A program made the position numbers and the translations under genes. From NCBI GenBank assembly GCA_030141605.1, contig JAQGDQ010000035.1, forward strand, positions 558,001-622,000: a stretch of 64,000 nt of DNA, read 5' to 3'. Positions 39,674 to 51,306 of this stretch are shown here, one piece after another. A model generated the notes under the pieces. It saw only the letters and a list, made by a program, of their open reading frames with translations, did no database searches and was not told the DNA's origin. The number at the start of each line of letters is the position of its first letter. Position 1 is the first letter of the stretch. Source of the stretch: Tubiluchus corallicola (Eukaryota > Animalia > Priapulida).

Positions 39674-41526
39674 ATTTGATGTTATATGTGCCAGATACAA
39701 AAATTCAGCACTTCCACCTAAAATAAAAATTAATGCTGTACTACTAATACCTCGCAAATAGTACTATTATAATGAAAAAATTGTAATTGAGGTAAGACTT
39801 GTCATCACTAGTTATGTACTGGGCATGCAGCATGCCACATGTTCTTAATGCTTTTTATGAATAAGTGTATACTTTTGTACCAAATACATCTATATTGAAT
39901 GTTGTTTTAATGATTAAAATAGCATTTTAGTGCAGGGACGGGAAACATTAGATCAGCCGGCTAATTATATGTAGCCCGTCAATCCGATGATTACTAGATT
40001 TAAATGTACCATTTATGTTTCTTCTACAGGCAAACAAGCCGTGCAAGACTGTTCTTTCTTTACAACATACAGACACTGTGACTGAATGACGTGTTATGTT
40101 AAGCGTTTTTCAAGGTCATTAGAGTGCATTATGATGACAATACTGTGTTGTGAACAATTCTTTTCCACAAGTTGAATAAATGTGCTCAAGACCCACAAAA
40201 GAACTTTTTCAGTCTGTAACAATGAACTGACAGACTACTGTATAGCATCCAGAGTATGTGTGTCACCATCAGTTCATTGCTCTGTAATCTAGTAGATTAC
40301 TAAGATCTTCTCAAATCACTTCAAACGAAAATATAAAATCTCTGCAAAACATTGCAAAGATTATATGATGGGCCTCTTTTCTTTCACCAAGTTTGAGACC
40401 CTTATTCTAGTACGTCATCTAATAGATATTAGGTAATAGACTTACACAATCGCTGTAAAATGTTACAGGATTCTTACTGTTAGTATCCATTCTGACAAAG
40501 GTCAACAAAACAAACTTCAGTCATAAGAAACAAGTTATAAGATACTGTACTGTTCATTACCATTGAACGTATCTCTAAAATTTCACAACTCGCAGATTAA
40601 TTATTAAAAGTAATTCTCTTCAATGCTGATGATCTTTAAGAATATCCAAAAATTCAACAGTTTGCTGTATTCAAAGCTATGGTACAGATTGTGAAGACTT
40701 TTTTGTGAGTTCCTATTATCGGTGTGCCTGTAAGAAACTATGTGTGCTCTAATGTGTGTTATACTGTATTAATATTTAAAGCCACTTGGCATGCTTGGAG
40801 ATTGGTCAGCCTATCACACGCCTTTGGGAAGGATTCCACAGCTCATATGCCAAATGTGATGTCTAACACAAGCCAAGGGTTGTACAACTAGCATAATCAC
40901 AAACTGGTGAGTTTAACATAGTTTACAATGTAAATTAGCAAATATTCCAGCAGTTTCGTGTAACTTGGTTATTATGTTATTTAATGTTACGCACTTTGCT
41001 TCTCTGTTTTATTACTTGTGTTTTTGAATAATGTGTCCTATGTGTAGAGGTAGAATTTGCCAATGTACTCTGTAATTGGAAGTATTTGTGTAAGAAACTT
41101 GTATTGAATCACATGAAGTTGAAGTGTAAGCAACATGTCACTGTCAATTTTAGTTTGAGATCCCAGATATCTGATGTAGTTGCATTGTCAATTGGGAAAA
41201 GATAATTAAAAAAATTCGCGCCTAATAGCGACTACACATTATATAATATAGGTGTCCGTTTAGACAGGATGGAAAGACGACTAAAAAGTAAAATCTAGAA
41301 TCACAATAGATATCACAGTACAATTAGTTACTGGATTTCAACACACTTCACCTACATCTTCCATTTCAAGAAGGCTCACATATTGCATTAAAAGTGAAAA
41401 TTATCCAATAACCATCGCAAACGTTGGACAGACTTTTAAACGTAAAGTTAAACGTCACATGAGATTCTGGCATCCTGCTTGAGAAAAAGAACAGTAACAG
41501 AAATCTTTTCACTGCAAGAATATTAC

Positions 41527-43850
41527 CAAAGTATACACAATAAAGTAGGGAAATCCTTCTGCGCAGTAGTTCGCGCAGTTAGTGTCGCCCTAGCGGCTAT
41601 TCAGTGCGGCCTGTTGTTGTCAGGTACGCAACAGCGCAGGCTGTGGGTACTGTAGCAGATGAATTGATGAGACCATCAAAACCAGCCCGGTTAACAGGCG
41701 CTCATAAATTGCTCAGCAGTGAGTTGCAAAAACACAAAAAGATTTCTTTTTAAATTTCGCAAGGATGCAGCCAGGTAATTATAATAAAATGTTAATTATA
41801 ACACAGTTTTGAAACTTTGGTTACTAGTTAAATATTTTGTGCGCTAAGCAAAGGCTGCAAGGCCTACATCTCTCTTTGACGATTTATAGCAGCTGTTATC
41901 TTTTTGAATATTATTTAAAGTAAGCATAAGGCGTTAAGAATAATTTGTAGTTAAAATAAAAATTATTATAATCATATCTCATAAAATTAATAGGCTTATT
42001 TACAAAGAAGTTAAGAAAGTTGATCAAAAGAAAGAATACCTGGCTCATGTAGTATTCGATTTCTGGAGAAATATTTTTTCTAAAAAACATTTCTATTTCA
42101 TATGTTCTTATCAGGAAATATAACTTGAAGATATATTAGGCCTGACTTTCATGTGTAATACCTTTCATAGAAAAAAATCGATTTTTTCAGAAGAGCAAAT
42201 AATTTTCCAGAACATAACTTAATCTAAACATCTGCATGTTTTGTTAATTCCAAGTTAAAAAATGTTTAAAATGCATTGGCCTTTGTTATGAGTTGGAGTT
42301 AGTTATAAAATTACGTTGAACAAGCAGAGATGTATTTACGACATTACTCCTGTTTTTTATTATCAGTGAACAAAAAATAACTGAAGGAAACATCAGAGCT
42401 GTCATCCTAAGCAGCCGACATAACTTCCAACTCTATAACAACCAACTAACTATGTCAAAACCTAGTTAAAGAATTCAGACGAGAAGCATAAATTAGAATC
42501 TGCACGCGTGTCATAATACCTTATAATATCATGTGCAGACATTACTTATATTTGGCCTAATTTTTTAAGATTCAGTTAGGCTTACATCAAAATAAATGTT
42601 CATTAAATACAGTTTGCTTACGTGTAAAAAATGTACTTGTATAATGTTCTTTTGTTTTGTTTATTAATTAGACTCTTTAGTATTATTTTAATGCATGTAC
42701 TTTGCAGCTTGATTCAGTTCCCTATTTGAAAGTTTGTTTAAATTTCTGTTTGGCTAGCTTGCTTTTCATTTTATTTAGTTTGTTTTTTATTATTTTTATT
42801 TAGTATTATTGTTATTATTTTGCATGTTTTTCTCATATTGAGTTATGCATGCACAATATGACATCTTGAATTTGGTCATTTTTTGCACTAATGTTTTTCT
42901 TTTGCTAATAGGTACCATTACGACCTTTGTTACTTTATTAGTAAGGTATAAATCAATTTAAATGAAATTATTCATTCATCGCCGCCTATATCAAAATCGT
43001 AATTACATATTAAGTTTTCCTCATGTTTCCTTGCTGTTCATTACATCTTTTACTTTATTTCAAAATTATTTCAATATTTATATCAAAATCGTAATTCCAT
43101 ATTGTGTTTTTCTTATGTTTCCTTGCTATTATTACATCATTTACTTTATTACATCAATTTCATTGAGTCATCTACAAAAGCACGCATATCTTTAATAATT
43201 TTTTCATTTTCATTTAAGTAAGGTGAGTGTGTTAATGACCGTATGGTCGTACACTCACCTCACACTACTCAAATTATTTTATTTATTGTTTATTTATGTG
43301 TACAATATTGTATTTTGATGTGTGAAATAAAATTCATAGTTCATAGTTCCGTCTTTCTTTTAACTCTCTCTCTCTCTCTCCCTCTTTCTCTCTAAGAGAG
43401 GGGGGGAGAGAAAAATCAATAAATCAATGAAAAATGCATTACTTCTTTACATAGCAGGCAGCCCATCACGCAGTCAGCTAGCCTCTTTCCTCAGGAAAAA
43501 CAATAAAATTTTACTTACAAGAAAACTGAACAGGCATTTGCAAGTACATATTACAAACTTATTGCTACAATTTTTTTCCTTTTCATGAAATGTTTTCAGT
43601 TTTTTTAAACTAATAATTGCTTTTAATTGAGATATACTTCTTTTATTAAAAACGCAAAAGTGATTTTGGCTTATCAAAATTGCACGTATGCCAACACTAC
43701 TGGTGAACTTAATAATATTATTATTACAGTCAATGCGGCGCTCCAAATTTTTCACTGAATGGCCGTTTGATGCCGCCAGCATAGCCGCTAATCGCAAAAA
43801 GGAAATACGTAACATTAGGCGGTTTCGTTACTTCCTCTTTATACACTTTG
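41527..43850 (+). mobile_element. Non-autonomous P-element-superfamily transposon, copy 1
   Basis: Ends CAAAGTATA...TATACACTTTG; perfect 7-bp TSD ATATTAC (41520-41526 / 43851-43857); both end regions homologous to copy 2. Confidence 0.85.
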
Positions 43851-44899
43851 ATATTACTTCGAACAAAGAATACACTTATACCAAAGTATCCAAAGCAAAG
43901 TTGGGAAACCTACTGCGCAGTAGTTCGCGCAGTTAGTGTCGCCCTAGCGGCAATTCTGTACGGACTGTTGTTGTCAAGTACGCTACAGCGCAGCTGTTCG
44001 CGCACCGCTATTTAGCAGACGAATTTATGAGATGCCTTCACCAAAGCCAGGCCGGTCGGCTCATTACTGCGCCGCAGTGAATTGTAAAAATACCGATATA
44101 AACGCTAGAATACCTTTTTTTAAATTTCCCAAGGTACCGCCAGGTAATTATATTAAAATGTTAATTTCAACACAGTTTTGTAACTTTTGTTACAAATTAA
44201 AATATTATTAATTTTTTGTACACTAAGCAAAGACTGCAAGGCCTACATCTGTCTTTGCCGATTTATAGCAGCTGTGATATTTTTCAATATTATTTAGAAT
44301 TATTAGTTAAAATAAAAATTATTATATTCATATCTCATGAAAATTAATAGGCTTATTTACAAAAGAAGTTAAGAAAGCTGATTATAGAGAAAGTTTGCAA
44401 ATACCTGCTTCATGTAGTATTCTATTTCTGGAGAAATATTTTTTTTCTAAAAAACATTCCTATTTAAAATGTTCTTTTTCTGCATTTGCATAACACTTAT
44501 ACCTAAAGGCTATGCAACTGCTTATGGTGTAGTACCTTTTATGAAGTAAATGTACTTGTTTATTATGTCGCACTTATATAAAGCTGGAACATCTAACCTC
44601 GTACAGACGAGAAAATAAGAATTATTCAATCTGGCGTCCAGGGCTGCCTAGTTAGCCCATTGATAAAACGCACCTGTGTGTGTGCGTGCGTGCGCGTGTG
44701 TGTGTGTATGTGTGTTAAGTTATAAGCAAGTGGCGATAAACAAGCTTTTAAGGCCACCAGAAACGGGTAATTGCGCAACAGACAACATGGCAAACTTAAT
44801 TTTTATTATATTATTATATAATTATATAATATTATATAACTTAATATTATATAATATTATAATATATATTAACTTAATTATATTATTAACTCTTGATGA

Positions 44900-45491
44900 A
44901 CTTAGACTTAGTACGTCCAACTCAAGGGCCTCAACTCCTCTTACTAATGTGACATTTGACAACTGTGATTTTGAAATTGAATCAGTAGACCCATTACCAG
45001 GCAAAAATAATTTAGGCCTCCTTGACAGTAATGGCAGAAATTATGTAGCTGGGTATATAATACACGCATTACATAAAAAACATATCCGTGGCTGTGATTT
45101 ATGCTCTCTCCGGGATATACAAGACGAGTCCAAGATATGTGAAAATGAAAATTTATACATCTCACTGAAGTCTTTTCACGGTGATGACACGCGATTGCGT
45201 GTGCCGACTGACCACTTCATAAAGTGGTTTAGTCTGGCAGAAAATCAATTTAGAGCGACATTTAACCAATACTGTACTGTACAGAATGTGTCTCATGTTA
45301 TTAAGGAAAAAATAATGTCCAATGTCACATGTCAAAACATGAAACTCTGCAACGATAGTGTGCGCCACCTTGTGGAACTCTTTGTCGAAGTTCGTATCTA
45401 CTACAGCTTAAAATTTGTCAATCAAGAATTTAAAAGTATGCCTCGAAAATCAAGGAAGTACCTTAAAACTGTCAAATCATTAATTTTTTAA
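44900..45491 (+). pseudogene. C-terminal fragment of a P-element/THAP9-like transposase
   Basis: NYVAGYI...CDLC...YISLK...LRVPT...FVEVRIYYSLKFVN fits the YxAGY / CxxC / LxxP / RI pattern of P-family transposase C-termini; no catalytic core. Confidence 0.7.
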
Positions 45492-46010
45492 TTCTTTCAT
45501 CTGCTGTTGTTTTGCTTCTACAATCTTCTAATTTTCGAACTAGAAACCCTTTTCATTTTTAAGTTACCCAGCTGTTTAGTACTTACCTGACCAGTTTGAG
45601 GTGCAGTGAAATTTAAGGATGTGACAGAAATTGGTTATTTTTGTGGGTTTAAATAGACGAGACGTTTAGACAGTCGGCGACTCTTACTTTTAATAACATT
45701 AAATTGCTGGATGCACGAGGTAGTGAAATAATAGTCAACAATGGACAAAAAAATTATTGTTGTGGAGAGACCCGAGAGCTCGGATTTTTTGCACAAGTCT
45801 AGCTTGTGACATGCTTTAAGTTACCTGGAGAAAGATGAAGAATGGCTGATTTTTTGAAGTGGTCTGCGATTTGGACTTGCAGTAATCGCTGAACAAGATA
45901 AAGAGGATTTGCTTTTCCTTACTACGCATAGGCACAAAAGAGGATTTGCTTTTCCTTACTACGCATAGGCACAAAATAGGTAAGAGGCATACTAATCATT
46001 AGTTAACGTG

Positions 46011-46051
<41 letters not shown>

Positions 46052-46114
46052 TCTCTCTCCCTTTCACTGTCTCTCTTTCTCTCCCCCTCTCTCTCCATCC
46101 TTCTCTTTCTCTCT
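46011..46114. repeat. (CT)n microsatellite inside P element copy 2 (shorter version at 43363-43393 in copy 1)
   Basis: Read directly. Confidence 0.9.
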
Positions 46115-46622
46115 AAGAGAGGGAGGGAGAGAAAAATCAATAAATCAATGAAAAATGCATTACTTTTTTACATAGTAGGCAGCCCATCACGCAGTCAGTT
46201 AGCCTCTATCCTCAGGAAAAACAATAAAATTTTACTTACAAGAAAACTGAAGAGGCATTTGCAAGTACATAATACCAACCTATTGCTACAATTTTTGTTC
46301 CTTTTCATGAAATGTTTTCAGTTTTTTAAACTAATAATTGCTTTTAATTGAGATATACTTCTTTTATTACAAACGCAAAAGTGATTTTGGCTTATCAAAA
46401 TTGCACGTATGCCAACACTACTGGTGAACTTAATAATATTATTATTACAGTCAATGCGGCGCTCCAAATTTCTTACTGATTCGCCGTTTGATGCCGCCAG
46501 CATAGCCGCTAATCGCAAAAACGAAATACGTAACAATAGACGGCTTTCGTCACTTCCTCTTTATACACTTTGCGTATACACTTTGTGCGAACTACAGCCA
46601 TGGACGTGATAACTTCATTGTA

Positions 46623-47535
46623 GGGCGCCGAGTAATCCATTAACCGAAGTAGGACACTTCCGGTAAAGCGCATGTGCTAAATTTGCGGAAAATAGTGTCG
46701 TACATGGGCAGCCCACGTAGGCTCTGGCGATTTTTGTCGAGAATCGATAATTATGATGACATAATAAAGCATAAAACTGAATTTGTTTTACAGAAAAATT
46801 AACTTTATAATAATGATGGATGACTATTTACAAAATTAATGTGTTTTTTACAATAGTATCATCAATAGTATTATTAGCTCCATTGAAATCATCATATTAA
46901 ACTAAAGTCTCTAATGCTTTAGAGAGAGAAACAGTACTATGCACACAGTTATTACAGAAATAATTGCAAGTTTAAAAATGAGACAGATGCTGCTAAGCTT
47001 TCACAACACGAAAAGGTAATTTTTAACTTTTTAGAAAAAGTAAAGACAATTAGTTTTAATAATAACAATAATATTGTAACATGTAGGGAATTGTCGTACA
47101 TGGCTCGCTAGCCCATGTAAGCCACATAGGTCGCTAGAACATTTACTTATTAGAAAACACTTATTTGTCCAACAAGTAGCGAAACGGATCACCTGTCTGT
47201 GAAGCGAGACAAAATAAAAAATGATATACCTTAAACAAATGTTGAAATCGTCTAAAAAGTGGGTTTATTTCACTTCGACAATATTAATATCGAAGCCAAA
47301 CTTAATATTATCCGTTCAACCAGCTCAGAGTAAAATTCTTTTATTTCATTACATGTATAATAAAATATTCGACTTGTATTGACGTTTTTAATTATTATTA
47401 TTATTATTACATAAACAAGGCAACGGACGGTGCCAGTACGCTTAGCAACTCAATTCGCGACTGTCGCTAGTGTCCTACTTCGGCAGCCCATGTAGGCCAA
47501 TTGTCCTACTTTGGCTAGTGGATTACTCGGCGCCC
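46623..47535. mobile_element. MITE with 34-bp terminal inverted repeats
   Basis: GGGCGCCGAGTAATCCATTAACCGAAGTAGGACA matches the reverse complement of 47502-47535 at 31/34; internal repeated GTCGTACATGG..GCCCA(C/T)GTA motif; flanks TA / AA, superfamily not assigned. Confidence 0.85.
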
Positions 47536-47702
47536 AATATTTCAGCCATAACTTGTACGCGAATCGATGCATTCTGTTCCTAGTAAAGTATTGGTTGTGC
47601 ATATAGTTATTCATTTATCATATCGTAGGACGTAGAAGATACCTCAATAGATTATTTCTTCCCTAACAGACGAACTAAATCACACTGAAACTTAACTACA
47701 CA

Positions 47703-50069
47703 ATGTCTGAAAGTGATAGTGAAGATGATTGTGTGGTTTATGGCTCACCGTTAGCTCCCCTTGAAGAAAATGAGAGTGTCAGCAAAAAACAAAAACAATT
47801 GTCTTATCAATTAGTCAAAGATAAGAAAGGACGGCCAGAAAGATTTCATGGAGCTTTTACTGGGGGGTTTTCGGCAGGATATTTTAATACTGTCGCTACA
47901 CCTGAAGGATGGACACCAAGTACTTTTGTTTCTACAAGAACTAACAGAATTGCTACTGATAAAAAAGTGCCAGAAGATTTTATGGATGAGGAAGATTTAG
48001 GGCAGTTTGGTATTGCACCAAGAAAAATAGTAGCTTCCGATACATTTGTGGTTTCAGGAACAAAACAAAGAAAGCGTGCTGCCGAGTTTCACAATAGTAG
48101 AAATCAGGTGGAGCCTGTTCATATGACAATTGGCATGAAGCTTTTGCATTCAATAGGGAGAATAAATAAGCATTCTAAATCTTTTGAGAATGACAATCTT
48201 TTAGTCGAAGAGCCATCTCCTCCACTACTAGAGTCATTTGGGCATCCTGCGGAGAACAAAAAGTCCAGTCATTATTTCCCAAAAGATAATTTGCATGGTC
48301 TTGGTTATAGTGGTATTACAGTTACTGGCTTAGAACATGGCCACATTAATCTTTTTGCCACACCTGGAAAACCTGGAAAACAAGATACACTGAGTCACAC
48401 ATTTGCAATTAGTGTTAGCACCTTTGAAGATGATGACAATGATGACATTTACTCGACTGATTTATTAAGTAATTATGACAAGGTCATTGGAGATATAAGA
48501 TCAAATGATGTAAAAGAGTCTGACAGGAGGCACACACAATATGACCCTGAAAAGAAATCCAACAAACTATTAGATAATTTCACCTTCGTTTCAAAACCTC
48601 AGTTACCACTAAAAGCATTTGCAGCACCTGCTTTGCCACCAAGTTTTAAACCATTTCATATATCGCATCGAAATCTAGCTGAATTCACTAAGCCAAACTT
48701 GAAAGGCAGAAGTGTCTTAGACAAAAAAGTGCTTTTTAGTGAGAACCTTAATGTGTTTTCCTTGTTGTCAAAGCCCGGTGTCACACATGGCCCATTAGAA
48801 AAGGCAGAAAGCAAAAGTGCCTTACAGGCATTTACTGCAGATGCAGATTCAGAAAAGAAGAATGACACAGTTAAACAGACTAATGTGTTTGTACCTGAAA
48901 CACTACCATTTGCAAAAGATCCTGCCAAGCAAGAGCGTTATGAATTATATATTAAAGCAATCAACAGTACTGAGTGGGATCCCTCTACAGCAGTGGCAGG
49001 AAGTAATATGACAGAGTGGGAAATAGCAAGCGAGAGAGAAGAATTTCATCGAACTGCGAATCTCTACAAGCCGTTGTCCTCCATTATGAGCACAAGGTTC
49101 ACACCTGCAAAGTTAGATGATGATGCTACCGAAAGCGGTAGTGACGTCCTACCACTGAATGATAAGCAAAATGCAGCAAAGATGAAAATGTATGGGAAAC
49201 TCACCAGGAGCATTCGTAAGTGGTACCCAGATAAACTTATCTGCAAACGTTTCAATGTTGCAAGTGTTTGTACTGGAGCAAAACACTCAGAGTTTAAGCA
49301 CCAATTCGAAAAATTTTCTTTTTTCAGCGTTAATGCACTTAAAGAAGAATTGCCTGTGAACCAGCCAGCAAAAAATGTTAAAGATGATGAAAGGAAGTCA
49401 GATAATGTTGCGACTGATTCTGAAGCAGAGTCTGGACTTTCAGCTTTCAACACAAATTCAGGAAATACTGAATTAAGAATCTACGATCCAAGTTCTGCTA
49501 AAAGACCACCAATAGACCTCTTCAAAGCTGTATTTGAGAACAGCTCTGACGAAAGTGAAGAAGAAGAAAGTGCAAAAGGAAATGAAATGACTCCTGCTTT
49601 TTATGTTGACATGAAGGATGCTATTTATAATAAAAATGTTAATAATTCTGATGAAACGAAGGCAATAGACAATGATATTTCACAAAAATTGTTCTCTTCT
49701 ATGGCAACAAGTACAGATAACCACTTTGAACCAGAACGTGCTGAAGCATACGGGCCTGTATTACCACCGCCAGTCAACTACAAGATGGAGAGTGTGTCAC
49801 AAGATCAGTCAAGTCAGGTATACTCACTGACATCTCCACGTGAAAGAAAATACACAAAGCATAAGAAAAAAACATCACACAAAAAACAAAAACACAAGGC
49901 AAAGCACAAGAAGAAAAATAAAAAGGGTCACAAATACAGAACTAAAAAAAGCAAAGAAAGTAGTAACAGTGCATCCAGTCAAAGTAGCAGTGAAAGCGTT
50001 AGTAATGAATTGATCTCAGATACAGAACTTTTGCAAAAATTGAAAGCTGCAAGGTCACATAGATTGTAG
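47703..50069 (+). CDS. GPATCH1: G patch domain-containing protein 1 homolog, coding region intronless, 788 aa
   Basis: N-terminal RFHGAFTGGFSAGYFNTVATPEGWTPSTFVS and PEDFMDEEDLG, PFAKDPAKQERY, MTEWE..EREEF, AAKMKMYGKLTR..W.PDKLICKRFNV, DLFKAVF, Lys/His-rich tail; AATAAA at 50247. Confidence 0.95.
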   Translation: MSESDSEDDCVVYGSPLAPLEENESVSKKQKQLSYQLVKDKKGRPERFHGAFTGGFSAGYFNTVATPEGWTPSTFVSTRTNRIATDKKVPEDFMDEEDLGQFGIAPRKIVASDTFVVSGTKQRKRAAEFHNSRNQVEPVHMTIGMKLLHSIGRINKHSKSFENDNLLVEEPSPPLLESFGHPAENKKSSHYFPKDNLHGLGYSGITVTGLEHGHINLFATPGKPGKQDTLSHTFAISVSTFEDDDNDDIYSTDLLSNYDKVIGDIRSNDVKESDRRHTQYDPEKKSNKLLDNFTFVSKPQLPLKAFAAPALPPSFKPFHISHRNLAEFTKPNLKGRSVLDKKVLFSENLNVFSLLSKPGVTHGPLEKAESKSALQAFTADADSEKKNDTVKQTNVFVPETLPFAKDPAKQERYELYIKAINSTEWDPSTAVAGSNMTEWEIASEREEFHRTANLYKPLSSIMSTRFTPAKLDDDATESGSDVLPLNDKQNAAKMKMYGKLTRSIRKWYPDKLICKRFNVASVCTGAKHSEFKHQFEKFSFFSVNALKEELPVNQPAKNVKDDERKSDNVATDSEAESGLSAFNTNSGNTELRIYDPSSAKRPPIDLFKAVFENSSDESEEEESAKGNEMTPAFYVDMKDAIYNKNVNNSDETKAIDNDISQKLFSSMATSTDNHFEPERAEAYGPVLPPPVNYKMESVSQDQSSQVYSLTSPRERKYTKHKKKTSHKKQKHKAKHKKKNKKGHKYRTKKSKESSNSASSQSSSESVSNELISDTELLQKLKAARSHRL

Positions 50070-51306
50070 ATCAGCATCATTTAGTTTACCAATTTTTTGC
50101 TGACGAAAATAACATCATTTATTATAAAGCTTAGCTGTAAAAACTTTGCATTTTCATTATATGCAGCAAGTTATTATATTGTGACACTGGAGACATGATT
50201 TATATACAATGATAGTAAAAATATGTTACAAACTATAAAACTTCCTAATAAATCTTTTTGAGGTTGATGTAAAATTACATCAAAGTAAAAAGTATTAAGT
50301 ACAATATGTAGAGACATATATTGTTAACTTTTTGTCTTGAATGTTATACACATGACGTAAACTTTGGTTTTTGTTGTTTAATGCTTGGTAATCGGATCTT
50401 TCTTTGTTATGTTACCCATCTGCCAGCTTCAAGTTTCACTGCAGGCATGACTTCACTGTCGTGCAGCCTGCTGTCTTATTATTTGTCATTGTTTTGAAGG
50501 AAATTCTGGAGCAGACCTTGTCTCATGCAAAATGTCGATAATTATTGAAAACTTCAGAAAGGTGACTGACATTTGGCCAGCCTAAACAATCTCACTGCTT
50601 TCAGCCTAAACCGGAATTCTAGTAGAGCATATTGCATACTAAATTTGTATGTTAATTATACCAATGTATAGTTGTTCAGATGCCAGTGCAATTCATTTTC
50701 AAGAAATTTCATCGCTGTCATTTCACTGCAGTTACCCACATTGTATGATTACGCATGTATGATTAAAAAAGCAGAGTGCATGACTAGCACACATTATTGT
50801 AAAGGTACCGAATGGCAGAATGCAATTTTGCTCAGATATAATATTGTGTGTGCGCACATTTCTCCTGATTGGTTGCAGGTGCGTACATTGTGTCGATAGC
50901 TACCACTAATATAATTTCGTATTATGATAATAAAATTAAAAAGCTGAGTACATAATATTTAGAAGTTTATTAATCATTGAACAATTTTATTCTGAATTTT
51001 TTAAAGTAAGAACTATTACAAAATTCTTCTGCTACTCATTTCTGATTATAAAATTAGAAACAGTTGTCTTGGTCATAATTAAATATCATCGAATAAGTTA
51101 TCTACGACTAGTTAACTTATCAAAATAATTTCTAGTTAGGAACTAAGTCTACTCTGCCCTCAACAATGGTTCTAGGCACATGCAACTTTAACGAATTTCT
51201 CTTAAAACTAAAATATCAATGCAAAGTAAAAGATTATACCAAAAATGTTTTTTTGTTGATTTATTTATAGTCTCCTGCTCTGTATAAATTTTATGCCAGT
51301 CAGCTT

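Larger units (their letters stand above)
43882..46572 (+). mobile_element. P-element-superfamily transposon deletion derivative, copy 2
   Basis: Same termini; flanks CTTATAC / CGTATAC (7-bp TSD, 1 mismatch); contains a transposase C-terminal fragment. Confidence 0.85.

Noticed and set aside
41655-41705. TTGATGAGACC in the P elements as a hammerhead or C/D snoRNA box
   Set aside because: No GAAA after a closing stem, no well-placed D box with a terminal stem, and the motif is not kept in copy 2.
44676-44900. N-terminal part of the 271-aa ORF, including an apparent TM segment
   Set aside because: Translates a (GT)n microsatellite and an AT low-complexity run; only the downstream part resembles transposase.
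43474-46609. Repeated short ORFs (MLRISFLRLAAM.., MPTLLVNLII.., MKNALLF..) as a small gene family
   Set aside because: They recur only because they lie in the shared 3' subterminal region of the two P elements.
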